DNA of 64,000 nt, taken from assembly GCF_009914755.1 (NCBI RefSeq), contig NC_060938.1, one strand, 5' to 3'. The notes under the pieces are model-generated. The model was not told where the DNA came from and did no database searches. It saw only the letters and a list, made by a program, of their open reading frames with translations. A program made the position numbers and the translations under genes. Positions 13,032 to 26,420 of the stretch are shown piece after piece. The DNA is from the human T2T-CHM13v2.0 reference genome, Homo sapiens. How positions within the stretch are numbered: position 1 is the stretch's first letter; every line of letters starts with the position of its first letter.

Positions 13032-13265
13032 AATGATAACATAGCTAACATTTATCAGGTGTTAGTAGGGGCCTGGCTTTTTTCAAAGTGCTTTATGTGT
13101 ATTAACCCTTTTAATTCTTAAAACAAGCTCTTGAGTGGGTACCATTGTGAGGAAACCAGGGCAGAGGTGTGTAAATATCTGGCACAGTGTCTCAGAGCTA
13201 GAGGCAGAGCTGGCTTTCAAATCCAGTGGTGTGGCTGCGGAGTCCATGCTTGTAACTGCTATGCT
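13032..13265 (-). mobile_element. MIR
   Basis: ATAGCTAACATTTAT...GAGGAAACCAGGGCAGAG...GGCAGAGCTGGCTTTCAAATCCAG. Confidence 0.8.
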
Positions 13266-14879
13266 CGAATGCCACTTATGAGTGAATCCTTAATCTTGTA
13301 CCTGTTGTTTTAATCTGAGGTCTTTTTGATTTGCATTTGAACCATTGTTACCAGAGACTGTGGTTGAAGAGGAAAACATCTCCCTGTATTGTTAAAAGTT
13401 GGCATATTGGATACCCGGGGCACACCAGTACTTTCATATAAGAGACAGTTATTAATGACCCAGGCTGGGAGCTTTAAATAGAAGTCTAGATGCTATTTTC
13501 CACCAACTTCAAGCCTGTAGAGGATGACAGCCGAATGGAGGAATATAGGTATCACTGTGTTTATATAAGAAGCACATTACATAGAAAGTTTTTCTACAGG
13601 AAAAGAGAAAGTGTGGCAGCAAATATAGCACAAAATAGTCACGCTGAAGGGTAAAAGGGAATGCAGTTAAAGAGACTGTTCTGGGAAGTTAGCCTCACTT
13701 CCTTACACCCCCTTCTCTAGTTTCCTGACATTCTATTCGTTGAAGTCACCCAAGGGGGGCTGGCCTCACTTTGGCAGCTTCTGTGGATAGGAAGTTGATA
13801 GGGAACCCAGGCCAACTTTGTTGAGAATTCGGGGAGGTCTGCTCTGTGGTGGCTCTGATTGGGTCTAGTCGCATCTGTGGTGGCTGCTAGGGTGAAACAG
13901 ACCTTCTATTCCTTTGTGGTCTCCTGCTGCAGACTGGAGATCCTCATTCTAATGTTATGCTTTCTGCAGAGGGCACAGTTTATGAGAGGCAGTTACTACA
14001 GACGTAATGTTGAGGTGGGGTGGGGCAGATAGTTGTCATACACAAGTGGAGCTCCAGTCCAAGAGGTTTCCATGGGCAGGATGGCCACGGGGCCTCTGCT
14101 GGCCTGCATGGTGCCATTATACAAATTAGGAAAAGGCACCTTTTTTCTGAGATTGTTTACTTCTATCTACCAGAAAATTATCACAGTATACTGGCTGAGT
14201 TAGAAAAGGGCACTTTGCTAAAATCTGTTGTTGAATTTGTCATAATAAATATATAAATCAGCTGATGTCTCCAGTGTGAATGATCACCCTGTCAGGTGTC
14301 TAAGGACTGTTGTCTTTTAGTTCTGCTCTCAAGGAAAAGAGAACCCATCCTTCCCTTGGGTCCCTCCAACTGGAGGATAAGACCTAAGCTTTAATAATCG
14401 CTTGACAGTTTCTCAGATCACTAGCCCAGTCTTCCCCCTCATTATTAAGTTCCTCTTCTTTGCCTCCTGCTAGCCTAGACTTTTCCTTATCACTGGAAGC
14501 TGAACCAGTCTTCATATTTCTTGGAGGAACCCATGAGAAGAAAATACTCTTTTTCTTACAGGGTCCACTGAATGTCCTGACTTTCCACTGATGACTTGTG
14601 GTCCCTAAATCCTGGTCTCCCCTGACCTCCCAGGTCAAATCTAGGTGACCATTGGCCACCCACAGGTCCACCTGCTCTTGTTTCTAGCAAGGCCTCTGTG
14701 CCTTCTGATTGGATTAGTGTTCACTCCCTTAGCGTCTAAGCCTTTGAGGTAATCTTGAACCTGATCCAGAGAAGGTCTAATGTCCTAGGAGGGAGAGATC
14801 CCAAACTGAGCTCTTCAACTGACCCTGAACTGCCTCCTGCCCATTTTTCTCAATTATAACTCTTGAACTTCATGGCATT

Positions 14880-15490
14880 TGTGGCAGGCAGAATCCTAAA
14901 ATGACCCCCAGTGATCCTCACCCTTCTATAATCCCTACCCTCTGAGTGTGGTTGGAACCTGTAAGTAGGCTGGAATCTGTGGCTAGGATGATTATGTTAG
15001 ATTGTACAGCAAAATGGGGGTTGTCTGGGTGGGTCCAATCTAATCATATGAGCCCTTCAAAATCAGAGCATGTTCACAGCTTGTTGCAGCAGAGAAAGTC
15101 ATACATAGAGGTTCCAAATTTGAGAAGGATTTGAGGTACTCCTGCTGGCTTGAAGATCCTGGGGTTCCTGTGCTGAGGACTGAGAGCAGCCTCTAGGAGC
15201 TGAGAGCTGCTCTCTACCGAGGGCAGCAAGAAAATGGGCCTGCAGTCCTACAACTGCAAGGGATGAAATCCTGTCAACAACCCGAATGAGTTTGGAAGCT
15301 CATTCTTCCGCAGAGCCTTCAGATGCGAGCTCAGCCTGGCTGACACCTTGATTTTGGCTCTCTGGGATCTGGGCAGAGAGCTCAGTTGAGCCTGCCCAGA
15401 CTTTTGGCCTACAGAACTATGAGATATTAGGTGTTATAGTAGGCTGATGAATTTGTGGTAGTTTGTTACACAACAATAGAAAATGAATAA
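14880..15490 (+). mobile_element. MLT1E-family MaLR solo LTR
   Basis: TGTGGCAGGCAGAATCCTAAAATGACCCCC...TTTGTGGTAGTTTGTTACACAACAATAGAAAATGAATA; perfect 5-bp TSD GCATT (14875-14879 / 15491-15495). Confidence 0.88.
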
Positions 15491-15792
15491 GCATTAATCA
15501 GAGATAGTCCACCTAAAAGAATCTTGATATGTTCTCAGGGTTAAGCAAGAAAAGAGAAGGAGAAAAAAAGAAGACAACAACAATTTCACCCGGAATGTGA
15601 CCTAAAGAAATAAAAAATGACCTTTCTTTTATGGTTTTTTTTTCTAAGTTAACTTACTCTGGCTCATCTGAATCTTTTTATTTCCCCCTTTTCCATTTCC
15701 CCTAACCCTAACTTTCATCTCACACCTAAATTGAGACTGTGTGTGTGTGACTGTGTGTGGAGTACGTGGGAGTGCATGAATAAGAGGCATGG

Positions 15793-16036
15793 GATAATAA
15801 CCAGCAGATATTTATTGAGCATCTATTCTGCATTTAGTAATATTTTAAGTGATTTATATAAATTCACTTCACCTATGAGAGTCCTGGGAGGCTATGCTAA
15901 TATTGTGACTGTTTTATAGTTGAAACCAAGGGATGGATAGCCAGGTTAAGCCAAGTTTGTGTATTTAGGCAATGGTGGAACCAGGATTGAGTTCTAGGCA
16001 GTATGGCTGTAGAGTGTGCAGACTTAACTACTACAC
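15793..16036 (-). mobile_element. MIR
   Basis: ATATTTATTGAGCATCTA...TGGTGGAACCAGGATTGAGTTCTAGGCAG...CTTAACTACTACAC. Confidence 0.7.
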
Positions 16037-17007
16037 AGAAAATCTTTATCAAAGTTAAACTTCCTTTTGGTATAACAATGTATCCCGTGTGTGATGGTGA
16101 ATTCCAAGCCCCCTTGAAACTTCCCTGCACCATCTGCATAGCGACTGTTCCCTGGTCCCCTTAGAGGCCTCCTGATATACAGATAAGGTCAGATCACCTG
16201 CACCTCCTAAGGGTGGTGATGGTGGGGAGTGGTCTTGTGATTTTCTTGCATCAGGAGTATTCTTGAGAAGATTTCTGAGTTAAATTGAGAGGGAAAAGTC
16301 TGAGAGAGAAAGTTTTATAGCACACCTGGGCCCCAGCTAGGCTAGGTCAGGAAGGGGAAATATCAGATCAAGGACTGAAAGAGAAAGTGCCAAGGAGGTA
16401 GAGTCTGAGGATCATGGAGACTCGCCCCTGCATGGCCCTGCTTCCTGAGATTCCAGGGGAGAGTGCTCCTGCCACAGTCTAATTTACACAGTCATCAACT
16501 CTGCCCAGGCAGGGAGCCCAAAGAGACCTCTGCCCCACCCCTAGTCCGATTAAAAAAACATCTGGTGGTTTCAGAATGAGTTTCCTGTCACTGGCTGGGG
16601 AAGATTCCGTAAGACCATAGGTGTTTTGGACACTACAATGAAGAAGAAACATAGGCTTGTGGCTTTTCCCACTAACCCTTCAGCTGCACTGACATGAAGA
16701 CATGGTGAGATAGGGTGGGCCAATTTTTTTCCTGTGCACTATCACAGGTCTGGTTGCATGGGTCCCCTCCGTGGTGACTAATCAACCACATCCAAATGTC
16801 TCTTATAGCTGCAAGCTATAGCCAGGGCCCCTTATATCTGGGCTGCCAATCTGAAGTACATAGTTTCATTACAGAGTCCAAACCTGTCTGCCCTGGGAGA
16901 TGAGTTTTATTAAGATCCCTCCAATCATCCTCAAGATTTTCATGGTTCATGTTTGTGGAGAAGGCTGTAAGATTCAGTGGTTTTACTTTTAAAATGGGGA
17001 TATTATT

Positions 17008-17805
17008 TGTGGCTGACACAAATGCCCTGTTGCCTGCCCAATACCCATCTCCTCTTACTTATTAAAGAACTCAAATTTTTATCCAGTGGTAATGTACCCA
17101 GCTAAAAATATTCAAGTCTCCCAGACTCCTTTGCATGTAAGAATTTACAAGTGATACAGTTCTAGCTAATGAAAGTCAACAAGCAGGGTCTCAGGAGAGA
17201 TTTTTTTTAAAGGGTATCTTCTCTTCAGTCTTTTGTTCCTTTCTTTTTTTTTTTCTTTTTTTTTATTATTATACTTTAAGTTTTAGGGTACATGTGCACA
17301 ATGTGCAGGTTAGTTACATATGTATACATGTGACATGCTGGTGCGCTGCACCCACTAACTCATCATCTAGCATTAGGTACATCTCCCAGTGCTATCCCTC
17401 CCCCCTCTCCCCACCCCACAACAGTCCCCAGAATGTGATGTTCCCCTTCCTGTGTCCATGTGTTCTCATTGTTCAATTCCCACCTATGAGTGAGAATATG
17501 CGGTGTTTGGTTTTTTGTTCTTGCGATAGTTTACTGAGTATGATGATTTCCAATTTCATCCATGTCCCTACAAAGGACATGAACTCATCATTTTTTATGG
17601 CTGCATAGTATTCCATGGTGTATATGTGCCACATTTTCTTAATCCAGTCTATCATTGTTGGACATCTGGGTTGGTTCCAAGTCTTTGCTATTGTGAATAG
17701 TGCTGCAATAAACATACGTTTGTTCCTTTCTTATCCTGCTTGGAACTTGAACACTGCCTAGAGAAGGAGGAGTCATCTTATGATTATGACATGATAAGAT
17801 TGAGG
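17008..17805 (+). mobile_element. MLT1J-like LTR interrupted by L1PA2
   Basis: ATGTACCCAGCTAAAAATATT...TCCCAGACTCCTTTGCA...CAGTTCTAGCTAATGA; resumes after the L1 with CTTATCCTGCTTGGAAC. Confidence 0.55.
17246..17718 (-). mobile_element. L1PA2, 5'-truncated (~470 bp)
   Basis: TTCTTGCGATAGTTTACTGAG...GATTTCCAATTTCATCCATGTCCCTACAAAGG; GAG rather than the L1HS-Ta ACA; 14-bp TSD TTTGTTCCTTTCTT (17232-17245 / 17719-17732). Confidence 0.93.
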
Positions 17806-18908
17806 GCTTCTCTCTCCCTCTTTCTCTCTCCTTTATTAGTTGGCTTTCTTCTTTTATCTCCATCACAATGTCTTGTTTACAATCTAAGTTTTCTGCTCAT
17901 GGAATAGCTGGTGATGGTGATACTCTGGTGAAGCACTCTATTGAATTCACTACTCTGTTATGGTTTCTAGAGGATGTCACCTTCTCTACAGAATGTTCAG
18001 TGATATTCATTCATGTGGAGATGTGGGTCTGGAAACATCATGCATCTGGAAGTGAGAGGGATAAGCTCATTTCAAAGACCATAGGGCCCATACATTGTCT
18101 TAATAAAATGTGACAATTCTCTGATCTCATGGAAAGAAGCCTTCTTACTAAGGGAAGATAACAATAAATGCCAAATGCTCTTAGCTTAAAATAAAAAAAA
18201 AATCAAAGAGGCAAGAAGAAGAGAGAAAAAGGAGAAAGAAGAATAAGGAAAGAAAACAGAGGGAAAGGAATCAAGATGAAAAACAGCCAGAAGCATTAGA
18301 AAGTAGCAGTGGAAGTGGAAACTTGTGAAGGGCTCCCAGGGACCAACCCTGAAATGCAAAAAAGAGAAGCCCTTGGCAGAAGAAAGCTGGATCATCTCTG
18401 AAAGCTTAGGGCAGAGCACACCTGACTTCAAGAACCCTCCAAAAGCAGTACTGCACCACAGTAATTAAAGATACATAAAATATCGGCAGTTTGCAGGAAC
18501 ATTTAGATACAAGGCAAGCTATTGGAAGTCTCTGCAAAAGCTTCTGAGGCATGCCGATTGCTCAGCAAGTAGACTGTGGAAGATTCTCTGCAGTACAGCA
18601 GAAGCTAATTCACAGCACAGTAGAGTTTTTATTCCCAGAAAGTAGTGTGAATACAAGCAGGACTACAGAAATGGGCATGTTGACAAAGTTATTCTGTTAT
18701 GAATATCAACATTTTTCAATTAAAGGCAAAAAATTAAAATAAGTAATAGTGAAGAAGAAAAAAACTTAGAAGAGGTAAGCATACAAAAATGTTGTCAAAT
18801 CAGCTCAAAATTTCTTCATGGAGGTTATGTGATAGTAATTCTCAGAAATGATGGATGATTGAGTTCCTTGTAGAGTATGAGTATCTTTAAGATTTGAGCA
18901 CCATTTTA

Positions 18909-19690
18909 TGTAGCCAGCAGGATACATTGATGATTAAGACATGTTAAATTTGGAAATGTAAATGTTTCATTTTTCTTCCTTTGAGAGAAGGAAGAAACTA
19001 GAAACTCCTGAACTAGAAAGATGGAAAGAAATACTTCTCCCCAAACTTTGTTAGGGTTTGAAAAATTAATCCTAGATTCTGGGTTTGGAAGTTTGTGAAA
19101 GACTATTGGGAAAGGAAAAAGGAAGGATAAAGTTTGAGGGGGAAAGCAATGTGACTTGAAGATTCAGGAGGTGGGGAGGGGTTTTCCTTAGCCTAGAAAA
19201 AGATATCCCTTGCCTGGGGGTTGGGTGAAGGCTGTGCATTCTGAGACCTCTGAGACTTTCTCAAGCTCTTTGGAGGCAGAGACAGATAAGAGCCAGATTT
19301 CATGGAAGTGGCAGAAAAAATGGAGCACTGGGCTTAGGGCTATTAGCTTCCATTGAAATTCCTGTCATCCTAATGGGTGTGAACACTGCAGAGAGTCACA
19401 GAATGGTAGGAGACTCTGCTCAGAGAGAACAAACGTGTTATCAGTAAACCTCCTGGATTGATGGCATGTGACCAGGGAGAGAACTTGCCAGCCCGTCAGC
19501 CTTGGTGTTAAGACCCTGGAACTATTACTTGTCCTTAGGTTGAAGTAAGTCTCAAGAATGGCTAACTAAAGTTAAATTCCTTGCCAGCTCAAATGCATGG
19601 CATGCTTGAGTCAAAATTACATCAATTTATAGAAAATAAAAGATGTGTTATATTTCAAATTTTGTAATTTTAGACTTTACACATGTATGT
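18909..19690 (+). mobile_element. Ancient LTR (LTR78-like) remnant
   Basis: Starts TGTAGCCAGCAGGAT...AAATGTTTCATTTTTCTTCC; 3' part TTAAATTCCTTGCCAG...GAGTCAAAATT...AAAATAAAAGATGTG resembles the recalled consensus. Confidence 0.35.
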
Positions 19691-19729
19691 TGATAAGTTT
19701 GAGTGCCATATTTTATACAAATGCAATGC

Positions 19730-20678
19730 TTATTTGTGAAAAGATAACTGAACAACCTAACAGAATCTACAAACTAATAAAAAGTTCAACAGGGTTGCTA
19801 GATACAAGATAATTATCAGCATCAATTAAGTTCTAGACACTTACAAAAATTATGACATATAATTTTAAAAAGAATTTTATTTACAGTAGAAACAAAGTCT
19901 CTAAGGTATCTAAAAATAAGTAATAGGTACCTGAGGCTTTTATGGAGAAAGTTATTTTTAAAAAAGAAAAGTAAACAGGGAAACATACTTAATCTCTGGA
20001 TGAGAAGACTCAACATTTTTAAAGATGTCGATTCTCCCAAAATTAATTGACATGTGATACCATTCTCATCAAAAGCCCAATAGGGGTTTTCAAGGAAATT
20101 ATGTTGTTTTTAAAATTTGACTAGAAAACCAAAAGGCCTAGAATAACCCAGAAAAAAATTAGAGTAGAAAAATATGGGAGCTTACCTTACTAAATACGAA
20201 TATTTGTTACAAGACTACAGTTATTAGGACAATGCAGCATTTATACAGAAATTAAAAAAAAAACTAGTAGAAGAAAGTAGAAAGTTCAGAAATTGACCTC
20301 CTCATCTATGAACTCAATATACTACAAAGCATGAGGAACTAATAGGGAAAAAAATGGAGCCTGATCAGTGGTGCTGGATGATTCATTATTCATGTGGGGG
20401 AAAAATTAAGTTACACCTTTAATTTACACCATTACCAAATAGAAGTTAAAGACAGTTATAGACCTGAATGTAAGAAACAAATGTTTATAAGTTTAAAAGA
20501 AAAGATAGAATATCCTATGACTTTAGGGTGTAGATAGAGTATCCTATGACTTCAGGGTAGAGAAGTTTCCTTAACTAAACACAAAAAGCACAGACCACAA
20601 AAGAAAATGTTAATATATTAACATTTAAGTGAAAAAGATCTGCACACTAAAAGAAACCATAAAGAAAGTTAAAAGACA
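19730..20678 (+). mobile_element. L1ME-like ORF2 3' fragment
   Basis: TGGATGAGAAGACTCAACATTTTTAAAGATGTCGATTCTCCCAAAATTAAT; ends AAAGAAAGTTAAAAGACA. Confidence 0.75.
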
Positions 20679-20714
20679 TGAATTCCAGAGCAATCTATTC
20701 CCATGAAGCATGTT

Positions 20715-20927
20715 CTTTTGGCAAGACATAGGTTTGGCAACAGATTTACTCAAGTTTGAATATTAGCTTGACCGTTTACTAACTTTGTGACTTAAGACCA
20801 AGTTATTTGAACTCTTGAGCTGTTTCCACATACATTAAAAAATGTCAGCACACAGGACTGCTAAAATGATTAAATGAGATAAGGTATGTGAAATACCATG
20901 CCCAGAGCTTGGCACATGGTAGGTACC
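20715..20927 (+). mobile_element. MIR
   Basis: TTACTAACTTTGTGACTT...GATTAAATGAGATAAGGTATGTGAAA...TGGCACATGGTAGGTA. Confidence 0.75.
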
Positions 20928-22057
20928 AACCATAAACCAATTTAATGGTGTGGTTTTACCCAGGTAAATGCTGGTGAACTTTACATCTTCATTGTGAGCC
21001 AAATACATAAAGCTGACCTAGTTCGCAGATTTTAACCCTATAATTTCCCCTGCACATGCCAGCCATTTAGAAATAGTGGAACAACTCTTATGTCCCCCTT
21101 AATTATTTTATTTTTTTAAAGAGGGCTGTCTTTAATTTTCGATTTATCTTCTGAGATTATTTCAAATCTTCTTATCCATGTCAAATTTTATCTTCACTTC
21201 TTATTGACCCAATGGATGTTAACCATCTTCATACTCCGGAACATTCTTTATGGTAACCTAAGTGTAGCCTGTTATTTAGAATAGGAAACCATCATCAAAC
21301 TGGTTTATTCTGCAGGCACTAGTCATGTATGAAACCACCTAACTTAGTACCTGGAACAAAATTGATGCTTAATAAACTTGTGTGGAATATAAGTCATCAT
21401 AATGTTAAAGATTCTATTAAAAATTATAAATATTTCAACATTTAAAACATGGAGAAAATAGTGCCATAATACCCATGCACTCATCATCCAGATTAAACAG
21501 TTGTCAAGGCTTACTATATTTTAAAAAAAATGCTACTTTAAGTATTGCACACTGAAATCTGTTCTGAGTCAAACATTAGAAAAGATTTGGAAAAAAGTAT
21601 GACCTGGTATTACCTCAGCCATGGCATCACATCCCTTCTTGTGACACATCAGTCATGGGTGGGCTCTCCAATAGGCTCACCACAAACACCTGGGATCGAA
21701 TGCCAGGAAAGGTGAGGGAGGACCCTTCTTCACACTTCAGGCACACAGAAATGAAAGTTGAAGAAGAGGTGACTGTGGTTGATTGTTCCAGTAATGTGCA
21801 AATCATAGGTCAGGTCTTTTAAATACTATTCTGTCATATCAAATGAATCCAACCATATTACAGCAAAGGCTTTTCTGGAAGGTGAAAAATTTACATGCCA
21901 TACTCCACTTTAATTAAAAACAATGAATGAATGTAAAGTCCACATCGACACGGAAATTTTTCCTGGAAAAATGACAGGGTTTCTCCACTGGGGCCTATAC
22001 TCCACTTCATTTGTGTTAGGAAACTCTGAGGAGAACCCACACCCACATGTGTAGATT

Positions 22058-22235
22058 GAGTTTCCATTATCCACCTGATGATTCTCAAATATAGAGGTCC
22101 AGTCCAGAATTCTCTCCCTAGCTCCAGATTGATAATCCTAATTGACTTCTGGCACCTTCAGTTGGATTCTCCATGGACATATCAAACTCAAGGTACAAAA
22201 CTGGGCTAATTATTTCCTCTCCCTTTCCAAATGGA
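22058..22235 (+). mobile_element. L2 fragment
   Basis: CTGATGATTCTCAAAT...TCCAGTCCAGAATTCTCTCCCTAGCTCCAGA...CATATCAAACTCAA. Confidence 0.6.
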
Positions 22236-22289
22236 ACCTTCTGGAACACCTCAGTATTCTTGGGTTTAACTTTCATAAACTACTCCTAC

Positions 22290-22952
22290 TTTTAGAAAAT
22301 TGAAGTAAAATCTACATGACATAAAATTAACCATTTTAAAGTGCACAGTTCAGTAGCATTTAGTACATTCATACTGTTTTGAAATCATTATCTCAAGACA
22401 TTTTCATCACCCCAAAAGGAAACTTCCATACCCATGAAACAATCACACTCCATTCCTCCATTTCCCCCAGCCCCCGAAAAACACAATGTATATCTATGGA
22501 TTTATCTGTTCTAGATATTTAATATAAATGGAGTCATGTAATATGCAACCCTTTGTGTTTGTCTTCTTTAACTCAATGTAATGTCTTCAAGGTTCACCCA
22601 TGTTGTAGCATGAATCAGTACTTCATTCCTTTTTAAGGCTGAATAATATTCTACTGTATAGATATATCACATTTTATTATCTATTCATCAGTTGATAGAT
22701 ATTACCCACTTTTTAGCTATTGTGTATAGTGCTGCTAATGTTGAGCAACTGTCAAACTCTTCATCATTTTACATTTACATTCTACCTTTTATATTCCTGC
22801 AGCAACGTACAAGGATTCTAATTTCTCCACATTCTTGCCAACACTTGCTTTCCTTTAAAACATTAATTTTTATTTTAGCTATCCTAGTAGGTATGAAATG
22901 GTATCTCATTGTGGTTCTGATTCCTGTTTCCCTAATGTCTAATGATATTGAA
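22290..22952 (-). mobile_element. L1MB (MB7-like) 3' end
   Basis: CATAAAATTAACCATTTTAAAGTGCACAGTTCAGTAGCATTTAGTACATTCA...CATTTTCATCACCCCAAAAGGAAAC. Confidence 0.85.
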
Positions 22953-23560
22953 CCTCCCTCTCCCTATCTGCTCATGTCTAGTCTTGTGACATTAGGAAGA
23001 GGCAAATTTATAGCTCATTTTAGAAACATAACTGAAGTTTGAGGCAATGCATTCTTGGATACCAACCTTAATCCTGGCTTCATTTATATTAGCACCCTTA
23101 CTTCCCCTTTATTTTTAACTCTTCATTTAAAATTTTTATTTATTATGTGGTACAAAATTTTTGCAAGCTGCCTTTTTTATTTTTTAAAATCTAGAGTATA
23201 AGTAAATTTAAAAGTCCCATGTCATTTACCTCTTATCCTTTTTTAAAAAGCAAAACAAAACAACTTTTATTGTTTTCTTTAAACACACATAAACTAAATG
23301 TTTATTTTGGAAATTTACAAATTGGACTCAACACGTAAAAAAGTAAAAAGAGTAAAATAAAAATCTTCTATAAACACACCACTAACCATGGTTAGTATTT
23401 TGGCATTATTTTTTCAGTCTTTACCTATATACCTATATATCATCTCTCTAGTCACACTACTTTTTAAAAATGAGATTATATTATACATTCTTTTTTCATA
23501 ACATACTATTTTCATCTAACAATATATCATGATCATTTTACCTCATAATTAACTATGCTG

Positions 23561-23745
23561 CCATGGTTGTAAATTTTTAAACTTTGATTTGCATTATCAC
23601 TGGAGTTACCTATTAAAATAAAGATTCCAAGTCTACTCCCAGTGCTTCTGACTCCGTCATTGGGATCCACATCCAGAAATCTGTATTTTTTACAGGCTTC
23701 TGAGCGATTCTAATATGGGCCATCTTGGGCTCTTTGAGATTACTT
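23561..23745. mobile_element. MER5-family hAT MITE inside an L1ME remnant
   Basis: ATCACTGGAG...AGATTCC...TTCTGACTC...AATCTGTATTTTTTACAGGC...GATTCTAAT...TTTGAGATTACT. Confidence 0.6.
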
Positions 23746-25554
23746 CCACACTACTAATTTCAACTATTGCTGAATTTTTCATTGTGTGGATACAGCACTA
23801 TTTATTCAACCAGTTACTTATTTGGGGTCATTTAGATTATTGGTATTTTTCATTATTTTATTCATCTGCTGAAAAAATCCTTATTCCTACAACTTTGCTG
23901 TCATCCATGACTGAGCATTTGTTGCTTATACCCAAACTGTGTGGTATGTTACAGTGATGGGGCTTGGTGAGTGCTCTTCTCATCATTGAATGGGGATTGA
24001 GATGCAGATGCTGGAGAAAGCCTCTCAAAAAGCCACATCAGGCCCTGAAATGTGATTGAGAGGACTTAGGGTTTCACAGGAGAAGTGGAAAGGGGAAGCA
24101 GCTCAGTGTGTGAGGAAGTGAGATTCAAATTCCGTGTGCTTGAACCTGGAAGCCAAAAGAGCTTATACACCTGGGGCCCAGCCAGCAGTCGCTTATTTCT
24201 CTAGAAACTAAGAGAGGGACTAAAATACTCCCTTTTGTTGAAAATTTCAAAGTGGGGGCATCAGCCTTGGGTCAAAAAGAAGGAATAATGGGAGGAGAGA
24301 GAGCAGAATGAGACAGCACAGCTTTCTGTCCCAGCACAGCTCATGAAAGAGAGGCCATGCAAAATGAAAGCATTCTTTGCACTAAAAATTTCTGAGAGAC
24401 ACCAAGGCACAAATAGAGTTGCTTTGGTGTTGAAATGTCAAAAGAGGTGTAGCCACCATTTAGGGATGTGACACATTGAGGTTTGGATGCTTTAAAGAAC
24501 TTCAAAGAAAACGCAGCATCTTTTTGGGTCTTGATGGCCGGTGCCCTTTCAAAGAACATTAGAGAAGATGATGGCTCAGTGGTGTCACCACAGATAGTGC
24601 TGAAGTGCTTTGATGTAGCTTTGCGGGCTGTATCAGTCTCAGCAGGAAGAAGGATGAGTCAATGTCGAAGAAAGGAAAACCTAGTTCCGGGGACTGGCCA
24701 AGGACTTGCGTGTGAGAACTTGCGATGCATCTCCTTTGAGGGACTTTCAGGAATTATGTGGAAGGAGGGAAAAGGTGAGGATGTGAGTAGTGTACCTGGA
24801 ATCCCAAAATTCTACATTAGGAATGGAGACAAAAGGCAGAAAAATTCAGGTCACTCATGGACCAGAGCTACAAGGGAAGTGCCCACCTAAGAAGTTGTAG
24901 AGGGCGGTGTGTGCTGGAAAGGATTGCTCATGTCCATGTGGGGTGTGTGATTACAGGAGTGGGTGAGGGAAAGGGTATCCTCTGAATCATTTATCAGAAG
25001 CCCCTCAGGGGCGACCAGAACCCCTAGGTTATTTCTTAGCAAACTCAGCCTCTTTTCTCATTTTGAGGTGGGTGAGGAAAACTAATTTTCCTCTCCGCCC
25101 CCATTTCTCCTGCTCCCCACCCTAAGCTCACTGAGAGTGAATGTTTGCCCCTGAAATAGAATCAGTTCTAAGAAAACTCCCTCGACATCCTGCTCCATGT
25201 CAAAATAAAATATGACTGTGGGTGGGGGAATGGAAAGAGGGGTGGTCGGGGGCTGAGGTCATTGCTGAGGATGGGCTGTCCTTGTGCAAAAGGAGCTTAT
25301 GGAGTGGCCCCATGGAAGAAGCAGGTACATGCTGTAAGTAAAGCACAAAATCTCTAGGTGTCTGGGTTGGTCCCAGCAAAAGCCTAAGAGTGCCCAGAAC
25401 CGGATGTAGCAGCTTCCTGTTTGCTATTTCACACAACTCTGCAAAGAGCAACAAGGTTTTTCAGCCATATCCAGATTACACTTGTCTACTTGAATTTATT
25501 AATTAATCTGGGGAGAATTACCATTTTTAAAACTTTGTGTGTTCCCATCTGTAA

Positions 25555-25960
25555 CATTCAGCAATATTTTTGATTCAAGTGAGAGAAACCTGACATAGCA
25601 GTGCAAACAGTAACGGTTTCTGTTTCTTATATGACAACCAGTCTGGAGATGAGCAGTCCAGGGCTGCTGAAGTGACTGTGTAATGTTTCTCATCAGTGTC
25701 TTGGACTTCTGTATGTATATGTTGATATTCCCCCTTATGCTTATTGCTTCCTTGCCACAAGATGGTTGCAGCTACTCCAGGCATCAAGTCAGATTTGTAT
25801 CAGGAACAAGGAAGAAGAAAGAGGGTTGATGCCTCACCCAAAAAGCAAAAGAAAAAATAAAATAACAATAAAATAGAAATGATCTCAGACTTTTGTTTAC
25901 CTTTTATTGGTCAGAACTTTGTAAAATATTATGCCTATCTGAAAGAAAATTTAGCAAAAA
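25555..25960 (-). mobile_element. MLT1J/L-like LTR
   Basis: CAGTCCAGGGCTG...CACAAGATGGTTGCAGCTACTCCAGGCATCA...TTATTGGTCAGAACT. Confidence 0.6.
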
Positions 25961-26059
25961 TATATTTTATACTCCTCTCTCCCTAAATTTTGAATTTTGT
26001 TCACAAAAAAGGTGATGCCAAGGTTTCGTATAGATAACTTGTAGCTCTGCTACACCATC

Positions 26060-26420
26060 CATCAATATTTTATATCTTTTCAATTTATTAAGTCTTCTTT
26101 TATGTTCCTTATAAGCTTTTATTATTTTAATCTGTACATATCTTACATCTCTGTTGGATTTGTTTCTAGACATCCTGTACTTTTATTACTGTTACCTTTA
26201 AAAATACATATTTTCATTGGTTGTTGTATAGGAATTGGTTTTTGTATATTGAGCTCATTGAGTATAATTAGTTGTACTAGTTTGTAGATTCTCTTGGGTC
26301 ATCTATGTAGAGAAGATAGACAGGCATATCATCTATAAACATTACTACTTTATTTTATTTCCCAATCCTTACATTTATTCCCTTTTCTTATCTTATTGAT
26401 AGGTTGGGACCTCAAATACA
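26060..26420 (-). mobile_element. Old L1M fragment (continues the piece at ~25480-25555)
   Basis: TTTCAATTTATTAAGTCTTCTTTTATG...TTTGTAGATTCTCTTGGG...CTTATCTTATTG. Confidence 0.6.

Noticed and set aside
20503-20560. 29-bp tandem duplication in L1ME
   Set aside because: Ordinary slippage duplication with no further signal
24483-24890. 135-aa ORF in unique sequence
   Set aside because: Non-ATG start, no recognisable domain and no splice structure; length is compatible with chance in 64 kb
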